NCBI GenBank assembly: GCA_038131445.1
Contig: JAYPPL010000010.1
Coordinates: 349,918-413,917, forward strand
Source: Alphaproteobacteria bacterium
Lineage (GTDB): Bacteria > Pseudomonadota > Alphaproteobacteria > UBA6615
Direction: 5' to 3'
Length of the DNA stretch: 64,000 nt
Shown here: positions 30,699 to 40,839 of the stretch, one piece after another
Position numbering within the stretch: the first letter of the stretch is position 1
How the letters are laid out: each line of letters starts with the position of its first letter
Position numbers and translations under genes: made by a program
Notes under the pieces: model-generated
Database searches by the model: none
What the model was told of the DNA's origin: nothing
The model's input: the letters and a program-made list of their open reading frames with translations, nothing else

Positions 30699-31597
30699 GC
30701 CGTCCGGACAACGTCACGATTGTTGATGTCGGACCGCGAGATGGTCTGCAGGCTGAGGCGGCGATCGTGCCGACGGCGGCCAAAATCGAATTGATCGACC
30801 GTCTTTCGGCGGCGGGCGTTCCGTCGGTTGAGGCGGGCGCGTTCGTTTCCCCGAAATGGGTACCGCAGATGGCTGATACTGCCGATGTGCTGGCCGGGAT
30901 CCACAGGACGCCCGGCACGCGCTACCCGGTCCTCGTGCCGAACGAAAAGGGGCTCGAACGCGCGCTGGAATGCGATGTCGCGGAGATCGCGATATTTGGG
31001 GCGGCGTCGGAGACTTTCTCCCAGAAGAACATCAACTGCTCGATCGCTGAAAGCCTTGATCGGTTTCGTCCGGTCGCCGAAACGGCCTTGAAACAGGGAC
31101 TGCGGGTTCGTGGCTACATATCCTGCGTCCTGGGGTGTCCGTATGAGGGCGATGTCGATGTTGCCCGTGTGGTGCAGGTCGCGCGCGAGCTCGATGCGAT
31201 GGGCTGTTGCGAAGTCAGTTTGGGCGACACCATCGGGGTCGGCACGCCGGTGCGCGCTCGCGCCATGATCGATGCGGTGACCGCTGTTGTCCCGGTGGAG
31301 CGCCTGGCGCTGCATTTCCACGACACTTACGGCCAAGCGCTTGCGAACATCCTTGCATGCCTCGAGGCAGGTGTTGCTCGTGTGGATGCAGCCGTGGCCG
31401 GGCTCGGAGGGTGTCCCTATGCACCTGGTGCGTCTGGTAATGTCGCTACGGAAGACGTCGTTTACATGCTTCACGGCATGGGGATTCGTACGGGAATAGA
31501 TCTCCAGGCGCTTGTCGCAGCCGGAGCCGCTATCAGCGGCTTACTGGGTCGTGAACCTGCGTCAAAAGTGGGACGGGCCTTGGGTGCAAAGCACTAA
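30695..31597 (+). CDS. liuE: Hydroxymethylglutaryl-CoA lyase
   Basis: VGPRDGLQ, FVSPKWVPQM, HFHDTYG, GLGGCPYA. Confidence 0.95.
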   Translation: MSRPDNVTIVDVGPRDGLQAEAAIVPTAAKIELIDRLSAAGVPSVEAGAFVSPKWVPQMADTADVLAGIHRTPGTRYPVLVPNEKGLERALECDVAEIAIFGAASETFSQKNINCSIAESLDRFRPVAETALKQGLRVRGYISCVLGCPYEGDVDVARVVQVARELDAMGCCEVSLGDTIGVGTPVRARAMIDAVTAVVPVERLALHFHDTYGQALANILACLEAGVARVDAAVAGLGGCPYAPGASGNVATEDVVYMLHGMGIRTGIDLQALVAAGAAISGLLGREPASKVGRALGAKH

Positions 31598-31707
31598 GGG
31601 AGACAGGAACCCCGGCAAACATAAACAATTTGGCAACCATTAAAGGTTAGTTTTAACCGGACTGAAAATCATCCGCCTCCAGATGGTAATGGCTAAATGG
31701 CTGCCGA

Positions 31708-31765
31708 GTGACATATCGCCTTGAGCATTTGTGGATTCTGATCGTCGATGACAACGGTCATATCA
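31708..31765 (+). pseudogene. Possible 5' remnant of a response regulator receiver domain
   Basis: VTYRLEHLWILIVDDNGHI resembles a receiver beta1 strand plus acidic pocket; similarity stops after about 19 codons. Confidence 0.4.
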
Positions 31766-31847
31766 GCCAGTCGCATGATCTAGGCCCAATGGAGGAGCCG
31801 GCTCCGGCTTGGTTCACTGCTACTTCTCCAGCTGCTATCTTCCCGAG

Positions 31848-32288
31848 ATGGCCGTACACCTCATTAAGCTCGCGGTGGGGATCGAATCCGTCGATCAGCT
31901 GCGCGAACGCCAGAAGCAACGAATCGCAGACAACAAGGCCGCCCGAAATGGAGCGCACTTACGAATTCTGACTCGCAATACGCCGCGCCGTGCCGATGAA
32001 CTCGTAGCCGGGGATGGCTCGCTTTACTGGGTCGTGCGTGGCCAGATCCTGGTGCGCCAGAGGATCACGAAAATCGAGCCGGCGACCGGGAATGACGGCA
32101 CGCCGCGTTGCGCGATCCATCTCGACCGCAGGCTCGTGCGCGTGCATCCCCGGCGGTCGCGACCCTTTCAGGGCTGGCGTTATCTAGAAACCGACAGTGC
32201 GCCTGCGGATTTGCCACCTGGAGCAGAGGCAGGTACCGAGCCACCGCCGGAGATGGCCGAGGAACTTCGGGAACTGGGCCTGATCTAG
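31848..32288 (+). CDS. DUF1489 family protein
   Basis: MAVHLIKLAVG, TRNTPRR, GSLYWV, RPFQGWRYL, ELRELGLI. Confidence 0.88.
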   Translation: MAVHLIKLAVGIESVDQLRERQKQRIADNKAARNGAHLRILTRNTPRRADELVAGDGSLYWVVRGQILVRQRITKIEPATGNDGTPRCAIHLDRRLVRVHPRRSRPFQGWRYLETDSAPADLPPGAEAGTEPPPEMAEELRELGLI

Positions 32289-32353
32289 GCGGACAACTGC
32301 TAGTGTTGCTATTGAGAACGACCAGCAGTCGCAGGTCTGGCCCACTCTATTCT

Positions 32354-34102
32354 CTAGTCGTCACCCGCATCCGCTGGCGGTACGGCGGGTGGCAGCGTGG
32401 CCGCGCCGCCGAACCCTGAGCGTCGGGAGCGCTGTTCCTGCGCGCTGCGCATGGCGCGGCTCAGCAGGATGACTGGCACAATCCCCGCGATCACGATGGT
32501 CAGCGCGGACAGCGCGCTCTGTTCGAGCAGTTCGTCCGAGGCAAACTGATAGACGTGGGTGGCCAGTGTGTCGAAGTTAAAAGGCCGCAGGATCAGCGTG
32601 GCGGGCAGTTCCTTCATGCTGTCTACGAAGACAATGGTGGCAGCGGCGATCAGGCTGCCGCGGATCAGGGGTAGATGAATACGCCACAGGGTTCGGACCG
32701 TTCCCGCACCTAGGCTGCGCGCGGCCATATCCATGGTCGGCTGTATCTTACCTAGGCTGGCCTCGACCGCCCCGAAGCCAACGGCCAGGAAGCGCACCAC
32801 ATAGGCGAAGACCAGGATGAACACCGTCCCGCTGAGCAGAAGACCGGTGGACACGCCGAACCAGTCGCGCATGAGCGCATCGACGGCGTTGTCGAACCGG
32901 GCGAAGGGCACCAGAACCCCGATTGCTAGGACTGCACCCGGTACCGCGTAGCCAAGCAGGGAGATACGCGAGAGAACCCCGAACGTCGGGCCGGTCAGGC
33001 GGCGGCCGTAGGCAAGGAAGACGGCGATGGCGACCGCCGTGACGGCGGCCAGCGTGGCAAGTAGCAGACTGTTTCGTGCGAAGCCGAAGAAGGCCGCGTT
33101 CCAGGATTCGTCGAAGAATACGATCGCATGCCGTGTTAGGACCCCGGCGGGGATTATAAAACCCAGCAGGATGGGCAGAGCGCAAGCGAAAGTCGCGGTT
33201 TCGCGTGCTATACTGCGAAGCTCGTACCGGCGTGGTTTGACCTGGCGGCTGGAGGTGTTGTGGTACCGGCGGCCCTTGCGACCAATGCGTTCGAGGGTCA
33301 CCAGCGCGACAACGAAGGCGAGCATCACGAGCGCGATCTGCGCCGCGCCGCCAGCGTTACCCATTCCGAGCCACACGTTAAATACGGAGACGGTCAGTGT
33401 GTTGACCGCGAAGTAATCGACGGTGCCAAAGTCGGCGAGCGTTTCCATGAGTGCCAGCGCGACCCCAACCACGATAGCCGGGCGCGCCAGCGGCATGGCG
33501 ACTTGCAGGAAGGTGCGCCACGGGCTGCGCCCAAGGGTGCGGCTCGCCTCCAGCACGCTGGCCGATTGCTCGAGGAAGGCGGCTCGGGCCAGCAGGTAGA
33601 CATAGGGGTAGAGGACGAAAGACATAACGAATATTGCCCCGCCCATGGAACGGATTTCCGGAAACCAGTAGTCGCGCTTTGTTTGCCAGCCGAAGAGGTC
33701 CCGTAACAGGCCCTGGACGGGACCCGCGAACTCCATGATGTCGGTATAGACGAAGGCGACGATATAGGCGGGCACCGCGAGGGGGAGTAGCAGGGCCCAT
33801 TCGAAGGTTCGCCGCCCGGGGAACTCGCAGGTGGCAACCAGCCAGGCCGTACCCGTGCCGATCAGAAAAACGCCCAGACCGTTTCCGGCCATAAGCACCA
33901 GCGTGTTCCAGCTGTGCCGAGGCAGGATCGTTGTCGCCAGATGAGGCCAGATGTTCTCGCTGGGGAACAGCGCGATCCAGGCGATCGCCAGCAGCGGCGC
34001 GGAGACAATCGCGGCCACGACCACGCCGCCAAGAAGCCAGATGCGCCCCGCTCGGGGGCGCATCTGTACCATCGGTATCGAAATACGGACGGTATCCGTC
34101 AT
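32354..34102 (-). CDS. Fe(III) ABC transporter permease (FbpB/FutB)
   Basis: LLLPLAVPAY, LYPYVYLLARAAF, METLADFG, MKELPATLILRPFNFDTLA. Confidence 0.93.
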   Translation of the reverse strand: MTDTVRISIPMVQMRPRAGRIWLLGGVVVAAIVSAPLLAIAWIALFPSENIWPHLATTILPRHSWNTLVLMAGNGLGVFLIGTGTAWLVATCEFPGRRTFEWALLLPLAVPAYIVAFVYTDIMEFAGPVQGLLRDLFGWQTKRDYWFPEIRSMGGAIFVMSFVLYPYVYLLARAAFLEQSASVLEASRTLGRSPWRTFLQVAMPLARPAIVVGVALALMETLADFGTVDYFAVNTLTVSVFNVWLGMGNAGGAAQIALVMLAFVVALVTLERIGRKGRRYHNTSSRQVKPRRYELRSIARETATFACALPILLGFIIPAGVLTRHAIVFFDESWNAAFFGFARNSLLLATLAAVTAVAIAVFLAYGRRLTGPTFGVLSRISLLGYAVPGAVLAIGVLVPFARFDNAVDALMRDWFGVSTGLLLSGTVFILVFAYVVRFLAVGFGAVEASLGKIQPTMDMAARSLGAGTVRTLWRIHLPLIRGSLIAAATIVFVDSMKELPATLILRPFNFDTLATHVYQFASDELLEQSALSALTIVIAGIVPVILLSRAMRSAQEQRSRRSGFGGAATLPPAVPPADAGDD

Positions 34103-34127
34103 GAGTTCATGGCCTCTGGGGCCCTGC

Positions 34128-35171
34128 CTAGTCGTCGTAGCCGACTTTGTTGACCAGCTTCACGGCGGCTGCGCGGTTATCGGCGACCTTGTCAAGATTT
34201 AGCGAGTCCGGGTGAAGCTCGCCCATCGAACGGAGCAGGCCCGACTGTGGAACGCCCGCGACGATCGGGTACTCGTAGTTCTGCTCGGCATACATCTGCT
34301 GGGCAAGATCACCGGCCAGGAACTCCATCAGCTTGACGGCATTGTCCTTGTTCGGGGAAGCCTTGGTCAGCGCCATACCGGAAATATTCACATGGGTGCC
34401 GTCGCCGCCGAGGGTCGGGAATACCGGGTAAACCGCCTGCGCCCAGGCGGCCTGCTCCTCGGTCTCCAGCATCTTGCCATAGTAGTAGTTATTCCCCACG
34501 GAGATGTCGCACTCGCCTTCCTTGATCGCCTTGACCTGGGCCCGGTCGTTGCCCTGAGGCTTGCGGGCGAGGTTGGCCTGCACGCCGCGCAGCCATTCCC
34601 CGGCTTTTTCCTCGCCATAGTGGGCGATCATCGCGGCGGTTAGTGCAACCTGATAGACGTGCGTGCCTGAGCGGGTGCAGATGCGGCCCCTCCACTTAGG
34701 ATCGGCAAGTTCTTCGTAGGTTTTGGGGGCGTCGGCGGGCGATACGCGGTCTCGCGAGACATAGAGGATGCGCGCTCGCTGGGTTAGGCCCCACCAGTGA
34801 CCCTGGTCCTGATGGAACGCGGCTGGGATCGCGGCTTTCAGCTTGTCTGTCTCGACGCCCTGGGTGACCCCGGCGTCATAGGCGTCGGCGAGGCGACCGA
34901 TATCCACGGTGAAGATCAGGTCGGCGGGGCTATTGCGGCCTTCCTGCTCAAGGCGCTCCACGAGACCCTTGGCCGCAAAGACCACATTCACCTTAACGCC
35001 GGACTGGCGGGTGAACGCGTCAAACATCGGCTGGATCAGAAAAGGCTGACGATAGGAATAGACATTCACTTCGCCCATGTTGACCGCGGCTTGTTCCTCG
35101 GCCTCCGCAGGCTGGATGGCGAAGAGGGCGGTCAGCCCGACTGCAGCAAGGAGCCCGGATCGAAGTCGCAT
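34128..35171 (-). CDS. Fe(III) ABC transporter substrate-binding protein (FbpA/FutA)
   Basis: Signal peptide; VNVYSYRQ, SPADL, GNDRAQ, NNYYYG, HVNISG. Confidence 0.92.
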   Translation of the reverse strand: MRLRSGLLAAVGLTALFAIQPAEAEEQAAVNMGEVNVYSYRQPFLIQPMFDAFTRQSGVKVNVVFAAKGLVERLEQEGRNSPADLIFTVDIGRLADAYDAGVTQGVETDKLKAAIPAAFHQDQGHWWGLTQRARILYVSRDRVSPADAPKTYEELADPKWRGRICTRSGTHVYQVALTAAMIAHYGEEKAGEWLRGVQANLARKPQGNDRAQVKAIKEGECDISVGNNYYYGKMLETEEQAAWAQAVYPVFPTLGGDGTHVNISGMALTKASPNKDNAVKLMEFLAGDLAQQMYAEQNYEYPIVAGVPQSGLLRSMGELHPDSLNLDKVADNRAAAVKLVNKVGYDD

Positions 35172-35194
35172 TCTTTACTCCAAAAAACAGTGCA

Positions 35195-35266
35195 ACTGAG
35201 AACCATTCGCATGACGAGCTTGGGAAATTTATAGGTTTGCTTATGCAATTGCAAGTCGTTCGCAAT
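35195..35266. promoter_or_regulatory. Two Fur-alpha-like iron boxes upstream of the Fe(III)-binding protein gene
   Basis: 19-bp imperfect palindromes ACTGAGAACCATTCGCATG (35195-35213) and ATTGCAAGTCGTTCGCAAT (35248-35266). Confidence 0.7.
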
Positions 35267-35418
35267 CGCATTGATCCAGATCAATCGCAGCAGGTGGAAC
35301 CGACGCATCTGCTTCGGCCGGATTGGGCCAAATGCGAAGATTACGCGTATGCTTTATAATATTATTTCAAGCTTTAGAAGCGGAGTTGTTCGCGAGCGGT
35401 GCGGCGAAAGGGAATGAC

Positions 35419-35655
35419 ATGGCGGGCACGTCCAAACGCGCGAAAGCCGAACCTGAGGTATGGAAGCAACCGGACGGGGCGGTGATGAGTTGCGAGGAGT
35501 CGATCCTGGTATTGCGCGAGAACCTGAGTGAGATCGAGGAGATCTGTCAGGAAGCCCTTGAGGACGCGGTGCTGATGGACGTGTCGGAAGCGCAGTTCCG
35601 CGAAGTGCTGCACGACCTCGTCGCGAAGCTTACCAATCCCTACAACAAGGGCTGA
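35419..35655 (+). CDS. Small hypothetical protein (78 aa), probably conserved
   Basis: WKQPDGAVMSCEES..LRENL.E...QEALEDAVLM..L.NPY resembles a small proteobacterial family; purine-rich RBS. Confidence 0.7.
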   Translation: MAGTSKRAKAEPEVWKQPDGAVMSCEESILVLRENLSEIEEICQEALEDAVLMDVSEAQFREVLHDLVAKLTNPYNKG

Positions 35656-35664
35656 GCCCGACGC

Positions 35665-36855
35665 TCAGTCCAGATCGCCGCGGAATGCCTTTTCGAACAG
35701 GTCCCGAAATCCGGCCACATCCAGCGCGACGGGATTGGCCAGTGCCGTAGGGTCGGCGGCGGCGGCTTCTGACAGCGCAGTGAACGCGCTCTCCTCGACA
35801 CCTAGTTCGGAGATGGTGTGCGGCATGGTGAAGGTCGCGCGCAGTTCCAGCGCCCAGTCGAGGAAGGCGATGAAGCCATCCGTCGCCGCGCCGGGTAGGC
35901 CCAGATAGGCCGACACCCGCGACAGCTTGTCGTTGATAGCGTCACGGTTGCGTACCAGCACATAGGGCATGACCACTGCGTTGGTCAGGCCGTGGTGGCT
36001 GTCATAGGTGGCGCCGATGGGATGGCTCATGGCGTGGATCGCGCCAAGGCCCTTTTGGAAGGCTGTCGACCCCATGGCGGCAGCGGCCAACATCTGCGAG
36101 CGCGCTGCGATGTCTGTCCCGTCGGCGACCGCATCCGTCAGGTGATTTCGGATCAGGCGCATGCCTTCCACCGCCACTCCGTCACACAGAGGGTTATGGA
36201 AGGGCGAGCAATAGGCCTCCAGGCAGTGGGCCAGCGCATCCATACCCGTCGCTGCCGTGATGTGGGGCGGTAGGCCCACTGTCAGTTCGGGATCGGCGAT
36301 GACAATCCCCGGCATCATGCCCGGATGAGTGACGATGACCTTGCGCCCGCTGTCTTCGTTCAGCACCACCGTCGAGCGCCCGGTCTCGGACCCCGTGCCG
36401 GCGGTGGTGGGAATGGCGATGGTCGGCAGCGGCGCGTTGGCGGACTGCCAGTCCCGGCGGCCTTCCGCCATCGCCCACATGTTGGGCCCGTCCGCGTCCT
36501 GCGCGGCCATCAGCGCGATGGTCTTGCCTGCATCCAGGGACGAGCCACCACCGAACGCGATCACGCCGTCGCATCCCGCCGCTTTCAGCGCGGCCACGCC
36601 GTCGCGCACATTGGCGCTGACCGGGTTGGGCTTGATATCCGAGAACAGCGTTGTCGCGATGCCGTCGACCTCGATAGCGGCGATGGCGTCAGTCACCATC
36701 GGCATAGCCGCGAGACCGGGGTCGGTGACCAGAAGGGGCCGGGAGATGTCCAATGTCTTACAGGCGCGCGCCAGCATCGAAACCTTGCCCGCGCCGAACC
36801 AGACGGTGGTGGGAAAGCTCCAGGTGCCGCGGAGCGTAGAGTGATCGATCGACAT
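35665..36855 (-). CDS. Iron-containing alcohol dehydrogenase
   Basis: GGGSSLD, PTTAGTGSE, TGMDALAH, GAIHAMSH, HHG. Confidence 0.92.
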   Translation of the reverse strand: MSIDHSTLRGTWSFPTTVWFGAGKVSMLARACKTLDISRPLLVTDPGLAAMPMVTDAIAAIEVDGIATTLFSDIKPNPVSANVRDGVAALKAAGCDGVIAFGGGSSLDAGKTIALMAAQDADGPNMWAMAEGRRDWQSANAPLPTIAIPTTAGTGSETGRSTVVLNEDSGRKVIVTHPGMMPGIVIADPELTVGLPPHITAATGMDALAHCLEAYCSPFHNPLCDGVAVEGMRLIRNHLTDAVADGTDIAARSQMLAAAAMGSTAFQKGLGAIHAMSHPIGATYDSHHGLTNAVVMPYVLVRNRDAINDKLSRVSAYLGLPGAATDGFIAFLDWALELRATFTMPHTISELGVEESAFTALSEAAAADPTALANPVALDVAGFRDLFEKAFRGDLD

Positions 36856-36873
36856 GAGCGGTCTCTAGATTGG

Positions 36874-38247
36874 TCAGATCAGTTCGAAATACCGGGCGAG
36901 TTCCCAGTCGGTGATGTGCCTGCGGGATTCGCGTACTTCCCAGTCGCGTGAGGCCGCGAAGTGATCGACGAAGGCATCGCCGAACCAGTCGCGTGCGGCT
37001 TCTGAGGTGGACAGGTGCGCCGCTGCGTCTTCCAGCGTCCGGGGAATCTGGCGGGTGTCGGGCAGGGCCGATGAATAGGCATTGCCGGTGACGGGCGCGT
37101 CCGGCTCGATCCGGTTCTCGATCCCGTGCAGGCCCGAAGCGAGCGCCGCAGCCAATGCCAGATAGGGGTTGGCGTCGGCGCCGGGCAGGCGATGCTCGAC
37201 CCGCTGGGATTTCGAGGAGCCTGGAAGCACGCGTAGCGCGCAGGTGCGGTTGTCGATACCCCAGGTGGCGTCAGTCGGGGCCCACAGGCCCGGGACGAGG
37301 CGGCGGTAGGAATTCACCGTCGGCGCGAATAGGGCGCAGAATTCCGGCATAAGGGCCTGCTGGCCGCCAATGAAGTGCCGCATGGTCTCGGAGATGCCCT
37401 TGTCCGCCTCGCGATCATGGAAGACATTACCGGAACCATCCGCCTGGCCCAGCGACAGGTGGATGTGGCCGGACTGGCCGGCCTCCTTCTCGCTCCACTT
37501 CGCCATGAAAGTCGCCATGAGCCCGTTCCGGCGCGCGGTGGCCTTCGCGTAGGTCTTGAATAGGCTTGCCCGGTCGGCGGCCTCCATACCGCCGCTGACG
37601 GAGATGGCGGCTTCGATGACGCCCGCGCCCATCTCCTCGTGGATGCCTTCCAGCGGCATGTCCATGGCGACACACAGGTCGAAGATCTGGCGGTAGAAAT
37701 CACTCAGCTCCACCTGCCGCAGCATCGAGTATCCGGTGTTGCCGAGGGCAACGGGCTGGAGGCCTTGAAAATGCTTGGCGCGCACGCTGTCCGGAGTCTC
37801 GGTGAAAACGAAGAATTCGTACTCGAACCCCGCGCGGACCGAGAAGCCCATCTCATCCGCGCGGGACAGGACGCGCGACAGCACGCCGCGCGGGCAGACC
37901 GCGGCCGCCTCGCCAGTGAACTCCCCCAGGAACAGCCAGCAATCGTCTTCAAGCGGGATCTGCCGTCCGGTCTCGGGGACAATCCTAACCGACGCGTCGG
38001 GAAAGCCCGTCCGCCATCCAGTCAGGCCTTCGTGGTCATAGAGCTGATCGTTGACGTCCCAGCCGAGAACCACGTCGCAGAGGCCGAAACCTTCCTCCAG
38101 TGCACTCAGGAACTTGTCCCGGTGCATGAACTTGCCGCGCAACAGCCCGTCGATGTCGGTGATGGCGACCTTGACGGCGCTCGGCGTGCTGTCACGGATG
38201 CGCGCGGCCGCTTCGGGGGCGGTGATCGGAAGGGTTTCGGTCAACAT
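36874..38247 (-). CDS. Glutamine synthetase-like gamma-glutamyl ligase (PuuA-like)
   Basis: DIDGLLRGK, EYEFF, HEEMGAG, ATFMAK, SGHIHLSL, WGIDNRT, EHRLPGADANPY. Confidence 0.9.
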   Translation of the reverse strand: MLTETLPITAPEAAARIRDSTPSAVKVAITDIDGLLRGKFMHRDKFLSALEEGFGLCDVVLGWDVNDQLYDHEGLTGWRTGFPDASVRIVPETGRQIPLEDDCWLFLGEFTGEAAAVCPRGVLSRVLSRADEMGFSVRAGFEYEFFVFTETPDSVRAKHFQGLQPVALGNTGYSMLRQVELSDFYRQIFDLCVAMDMPLEGIHEEMGAGVIEAAISVSGGMEAADRASLFKTYAKATARRNGLMATFMAKWSEKEAGQSGHIHLSLGQADGSGNVFHDREADKGISETMRHFIGGQQALMPEFCALFAPTVNSYRRLVPGLWAPTDATWGIDNRTCALRVLPGSSKSQRVEHRLPGADANPYLALAAALASGLHGIENRIEPDAPVTGNAYSSALPDTRQIPRTLEDAAAHLSTSEAARDWFGDAFVDHFAASRDWEVRESRRHITDWELARYFELI

Positions 38248-38322
38248 ACTCTTCCCGGTCTGAGGGCAGGCCAAGATACTACGCTCACGGCCCGCAGAGG
38301 AAAACGGCGCAGAATTGAATGC

Positions 38323-38650
38323 CACGACACGTCACCGCCATCCTTCCCGTGTCGCGCTACTTTCTCGGAAGCCATCAAGCCACTGGAATATGTCGTCGCG
38401 GTAGGGAATCCAGCATGGTTCATCAAGAAGCTGCGCAAGCACAAGCGGGTCAAGGCTAGGGATCTGGCTATCACCTGGAAGGCCGGATAGAACCCGCCGA
38501 TGGAACGGCGCCACATTGCCCGGCGGGCGCGACATCGGCAATGTGACCGACCAGCGCAATCAGAGCAGTGAGCTGGTTAATGCTATCCACGACGTGACCT
38601 TTGCCTTGGCATTCCTCGCCTTCAACTCGGACGGCACTATCCACCAGTAG
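38323..38650 (+). pseudogene. C-terminal remnant of a DUF3179-like protein
   Basis: PLEYVVAVGNPAW...ITWKAG* then in a shifted frame GRDIGNV...HDVTFALAFLAFNSDGTIHQ*; matches the C-terminal pattern I recall for DUF3179 proteins. Confidence 0.55.
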
Positions 38651-38733
38651 GTGCCAACGCCCTGGTTGTGTTGATGGCATAATCGACGGTTCGCGGGCGC
38701 CTAGTCTATAATCGCGTTCCGGAGACACTTGCG

Positions 38734-40839
38734 ATGCCACTCGACCAGAGCCGTGCAGAAGTCGCCGCAACCGACCGCGCTGAAGTGCAGGTTTTTCATT
38801 CGGCCTGTCCGCATGACTGCCCCAGCACCTGCGCGCTGACGGTCGAGCGGTTCGACCCCGCGACGATCGGGCGGGTGCGTGGCGCGAGTGAGAACACCTA
38901 CACCTCGGGCGTGATCTGCGCAAAAGTCGCGCGCTATGCCGAGCGGGTCCACCACCCAGATCGGCTGACCGCACCACTACGCTGTGTAGGCGCGAAAGGA
39001 GAGGGGCGCGCCGCGTTTGAAGAAATCTCCTGGGACGAGGCGCTGGACGAGGTCGCCGCGCGCTTGGTCGCCGCGGCGGACAGGTACGGGCCTGAGACCG
39101 TCTGGCCATACTATTACGCTGGCACGATGGGGCTGGTGCAGCGCGACGGCATCAACCGGCTGCGCCATGTCATGGGCTACTCGCGCCAGCACTCGACCTT
39201 CTGCAGCACGCTGGCCGATGCCGGGTGGTTTGCTGGAACGGGCGCAAAGCAGGGCGTCGATCCGCGCGAGATGGCGGAGTCCGACCTCATCGTGATCTGG
39301 GGCTGCAACCCGGTCAGCACCCAGGTCAACGTGATGACCCATGCCACCAGAGCGCGCAAGAATCGGGGCACGAAAATCGTCGTCGTCGATCCGTACGAGA
39401 CCGAAACAGCGAAGCAGGCCGATATCCACTTGATGCTGAACCCCGGCACGGACGGCGCGCTGGCCTGCGCGGTGATGCATGTGCTGTTCAGGGACGGGTA
39501 TGCGGACCGAGACTACCTGGCCAAATACACCTCGGGCGCGTCGGAGCTGGAGTCGCATCTGAAATTGCGCGATCCGGTCTGGGCGGAAGCGATCTGCGGA
39601 ATTTCGGCGGCCGAAATCGAGGCCTTCGCGGCGCTCTACGGCCGGACACGCAAAGCCTTCCTGCGCCTCGGTTTCGGTTTCACCCGGTCGCGCAACGGCG
39701 CGGTACAGATGTTCTCGGCGAGCTGCCTGCCGGCGGTGACCGGGGCATGGCAGTATCCGGGCGGCGGTGCGCTGTATTCCAATGCGGGTATCTACGGCAT
39801 CGATAAGACGCTGATCGAAGGCCTCGACGCCATCGACCCGGCGACGCGGGTGATCGACCAGTCCCGCATCGGACCGGCGCTGACGGGCGATCCTCGCGAT
39901 CTGGGTGACGGGCCCCCGGTGACGGCCATGTTCATCCAGAACACCAACCCCATGGCCGTGGCTCCCGATCTGGGCAAGGTGCATGAAGGTTTCCGGCGCG
40001 ACGACCTGTTCGTATGCGTGCATGAGCAGTTCCTGACCGAGACGGCCGCGATGGCTGACATCGTGCTGCCCGCGACGACTTTCCTGGAACACGACGACAT
40101 GTATGTGGCAGGCGGGCATACCCATCTGCAGGTCGCGAGGGCTGTGATCGAGCCGGTCGGTCAGGCGCGGTCCAACCACCGGGCGCTGGGTGAACTGGCG
40201 CGCCGGCTCGGAGCGGAGCACTCGGCGTTCGGCATGGACGCCTGGACCCTGATGGACGAGACCCTGAAACTTTCCGGCTATGCGGGCGCACAGGATATCT
40301 GGGAGGGCCACTGGGAAGACTGCCACCCGGGTTTTGAGGCCGCGCATTTCCTCAACGGCTTCGGGCACGCGGACAAGAAATTCCATTTCATGCCTGACTG
40401 GTCGGCCATCGGGCCGAACCACGCCGGCATGCCCGCGCTGCCCGACCACTATGCGGCGGTTGATGCGCGTAATGACGCGCACCCGTTCCGTCTCGTGACA
40501 GCGCCGTCCCGGAACTACCTCAACACCAGCTTCACCGAGACCGCGACCAGCCGGAAGCGCGAGGGGCGGCCTGAGGCGCAGATCCATCTCGACGTCTGCG
40601 CGGAGCTGGGTCTGGAGGCGGGCGGTCTGGTGCGGATTGGCAATAAGCAGGGTTCGGTACTGGTGCATGTGCGCCCGACCGAGGGGCTGCGCCGTGGCAC
40701 CGTGATCGTGGAAAGCGTCTGGCCGAACGCGGCGTTTGTGGAGGGTGTGGGTATCAACCTCCTGATCAGCGCGGATTCCGGCCAGCCCAATGGCGGCGCG
40801 GTGTTCCATGACACGGCTGTGTGGCTGGAGCGGGCATGA
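38734..40839 (+). CDS. Cytoplasmic molybdopterin oxidoreductase (DMSO reductase family)
   Basis: CPHDCPSTC...ICAKV 4Fe-4S motif, ISWDEALD, STFCS, TETAAMADIVLPA; no Tat signal. Confidence 0.9.
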   Translation: MPLDQSRAEVAATDRAEVQVFHSACPHDCPSTCALTVERFDPATIGRVRGASENTYTSGVICAKVARYAERVHHPDRLTAPLRCVGAKGEGRAAFEEISWDEALDEVAARLVAAADRYGPETVWPYYYAGTMGLVQRDGINRLRHVMGYSRQHSTFCSTLADAGWFAGTGAKQGVDPREMAESDLIVIWGCNPVSTQVNVMTHATRARKNRGTKIVVVDPYETETAKQADIHLMLNPGTDGALACAVMHVLFRDGYADRDYLAKYTSGASELESHLKLRDPVWAEAICGISAAEIEAFAALYGRTRKAFLRLGFGFTRSRNGAVQMFSASCLPAVTGAWQYPGGGALYSNAGIYGIDKTLIEGLDAIDPATRVIDQSRIGPALTGDPRDLGDGPPVTAMFIQNTNPMAVAPDLGKVHEGFRRDDLFVCVHEQFLTETAAMADIVLPATTFLEHDDMYVAGGHTHLQVARAVIEPVGQARSNHRALGELARRLGAEHSAFGMDAWTLMDETLKLSGYAGAQDIWEGHWEDCHPGFEAAHFLNGFGHADKKFHFMPDWSAIGPNHAGMPALPDHYAAVDARNDAHPFRLVTAPSRNYLNTSFTETATSRKREGRPEAQIHLDVCAELGLEAGGLVRIGNKQGSVLVHVRPTEGLRRGTVIVESVWPNAAFVEGVGINLLISADSGQPNGGAVFHDTAVWLERA

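Noticed and set aside
32311-32329. Fur-like half site ATTGAGAAC downstream of the permease
   Set aside because: The second half does not match and no gene starts nearby
38977-40809. 610-aa antisense ORF
   Set aside because: Shadow of the molybdoenzyme gene caused by GC-biased codon usage; no motifs
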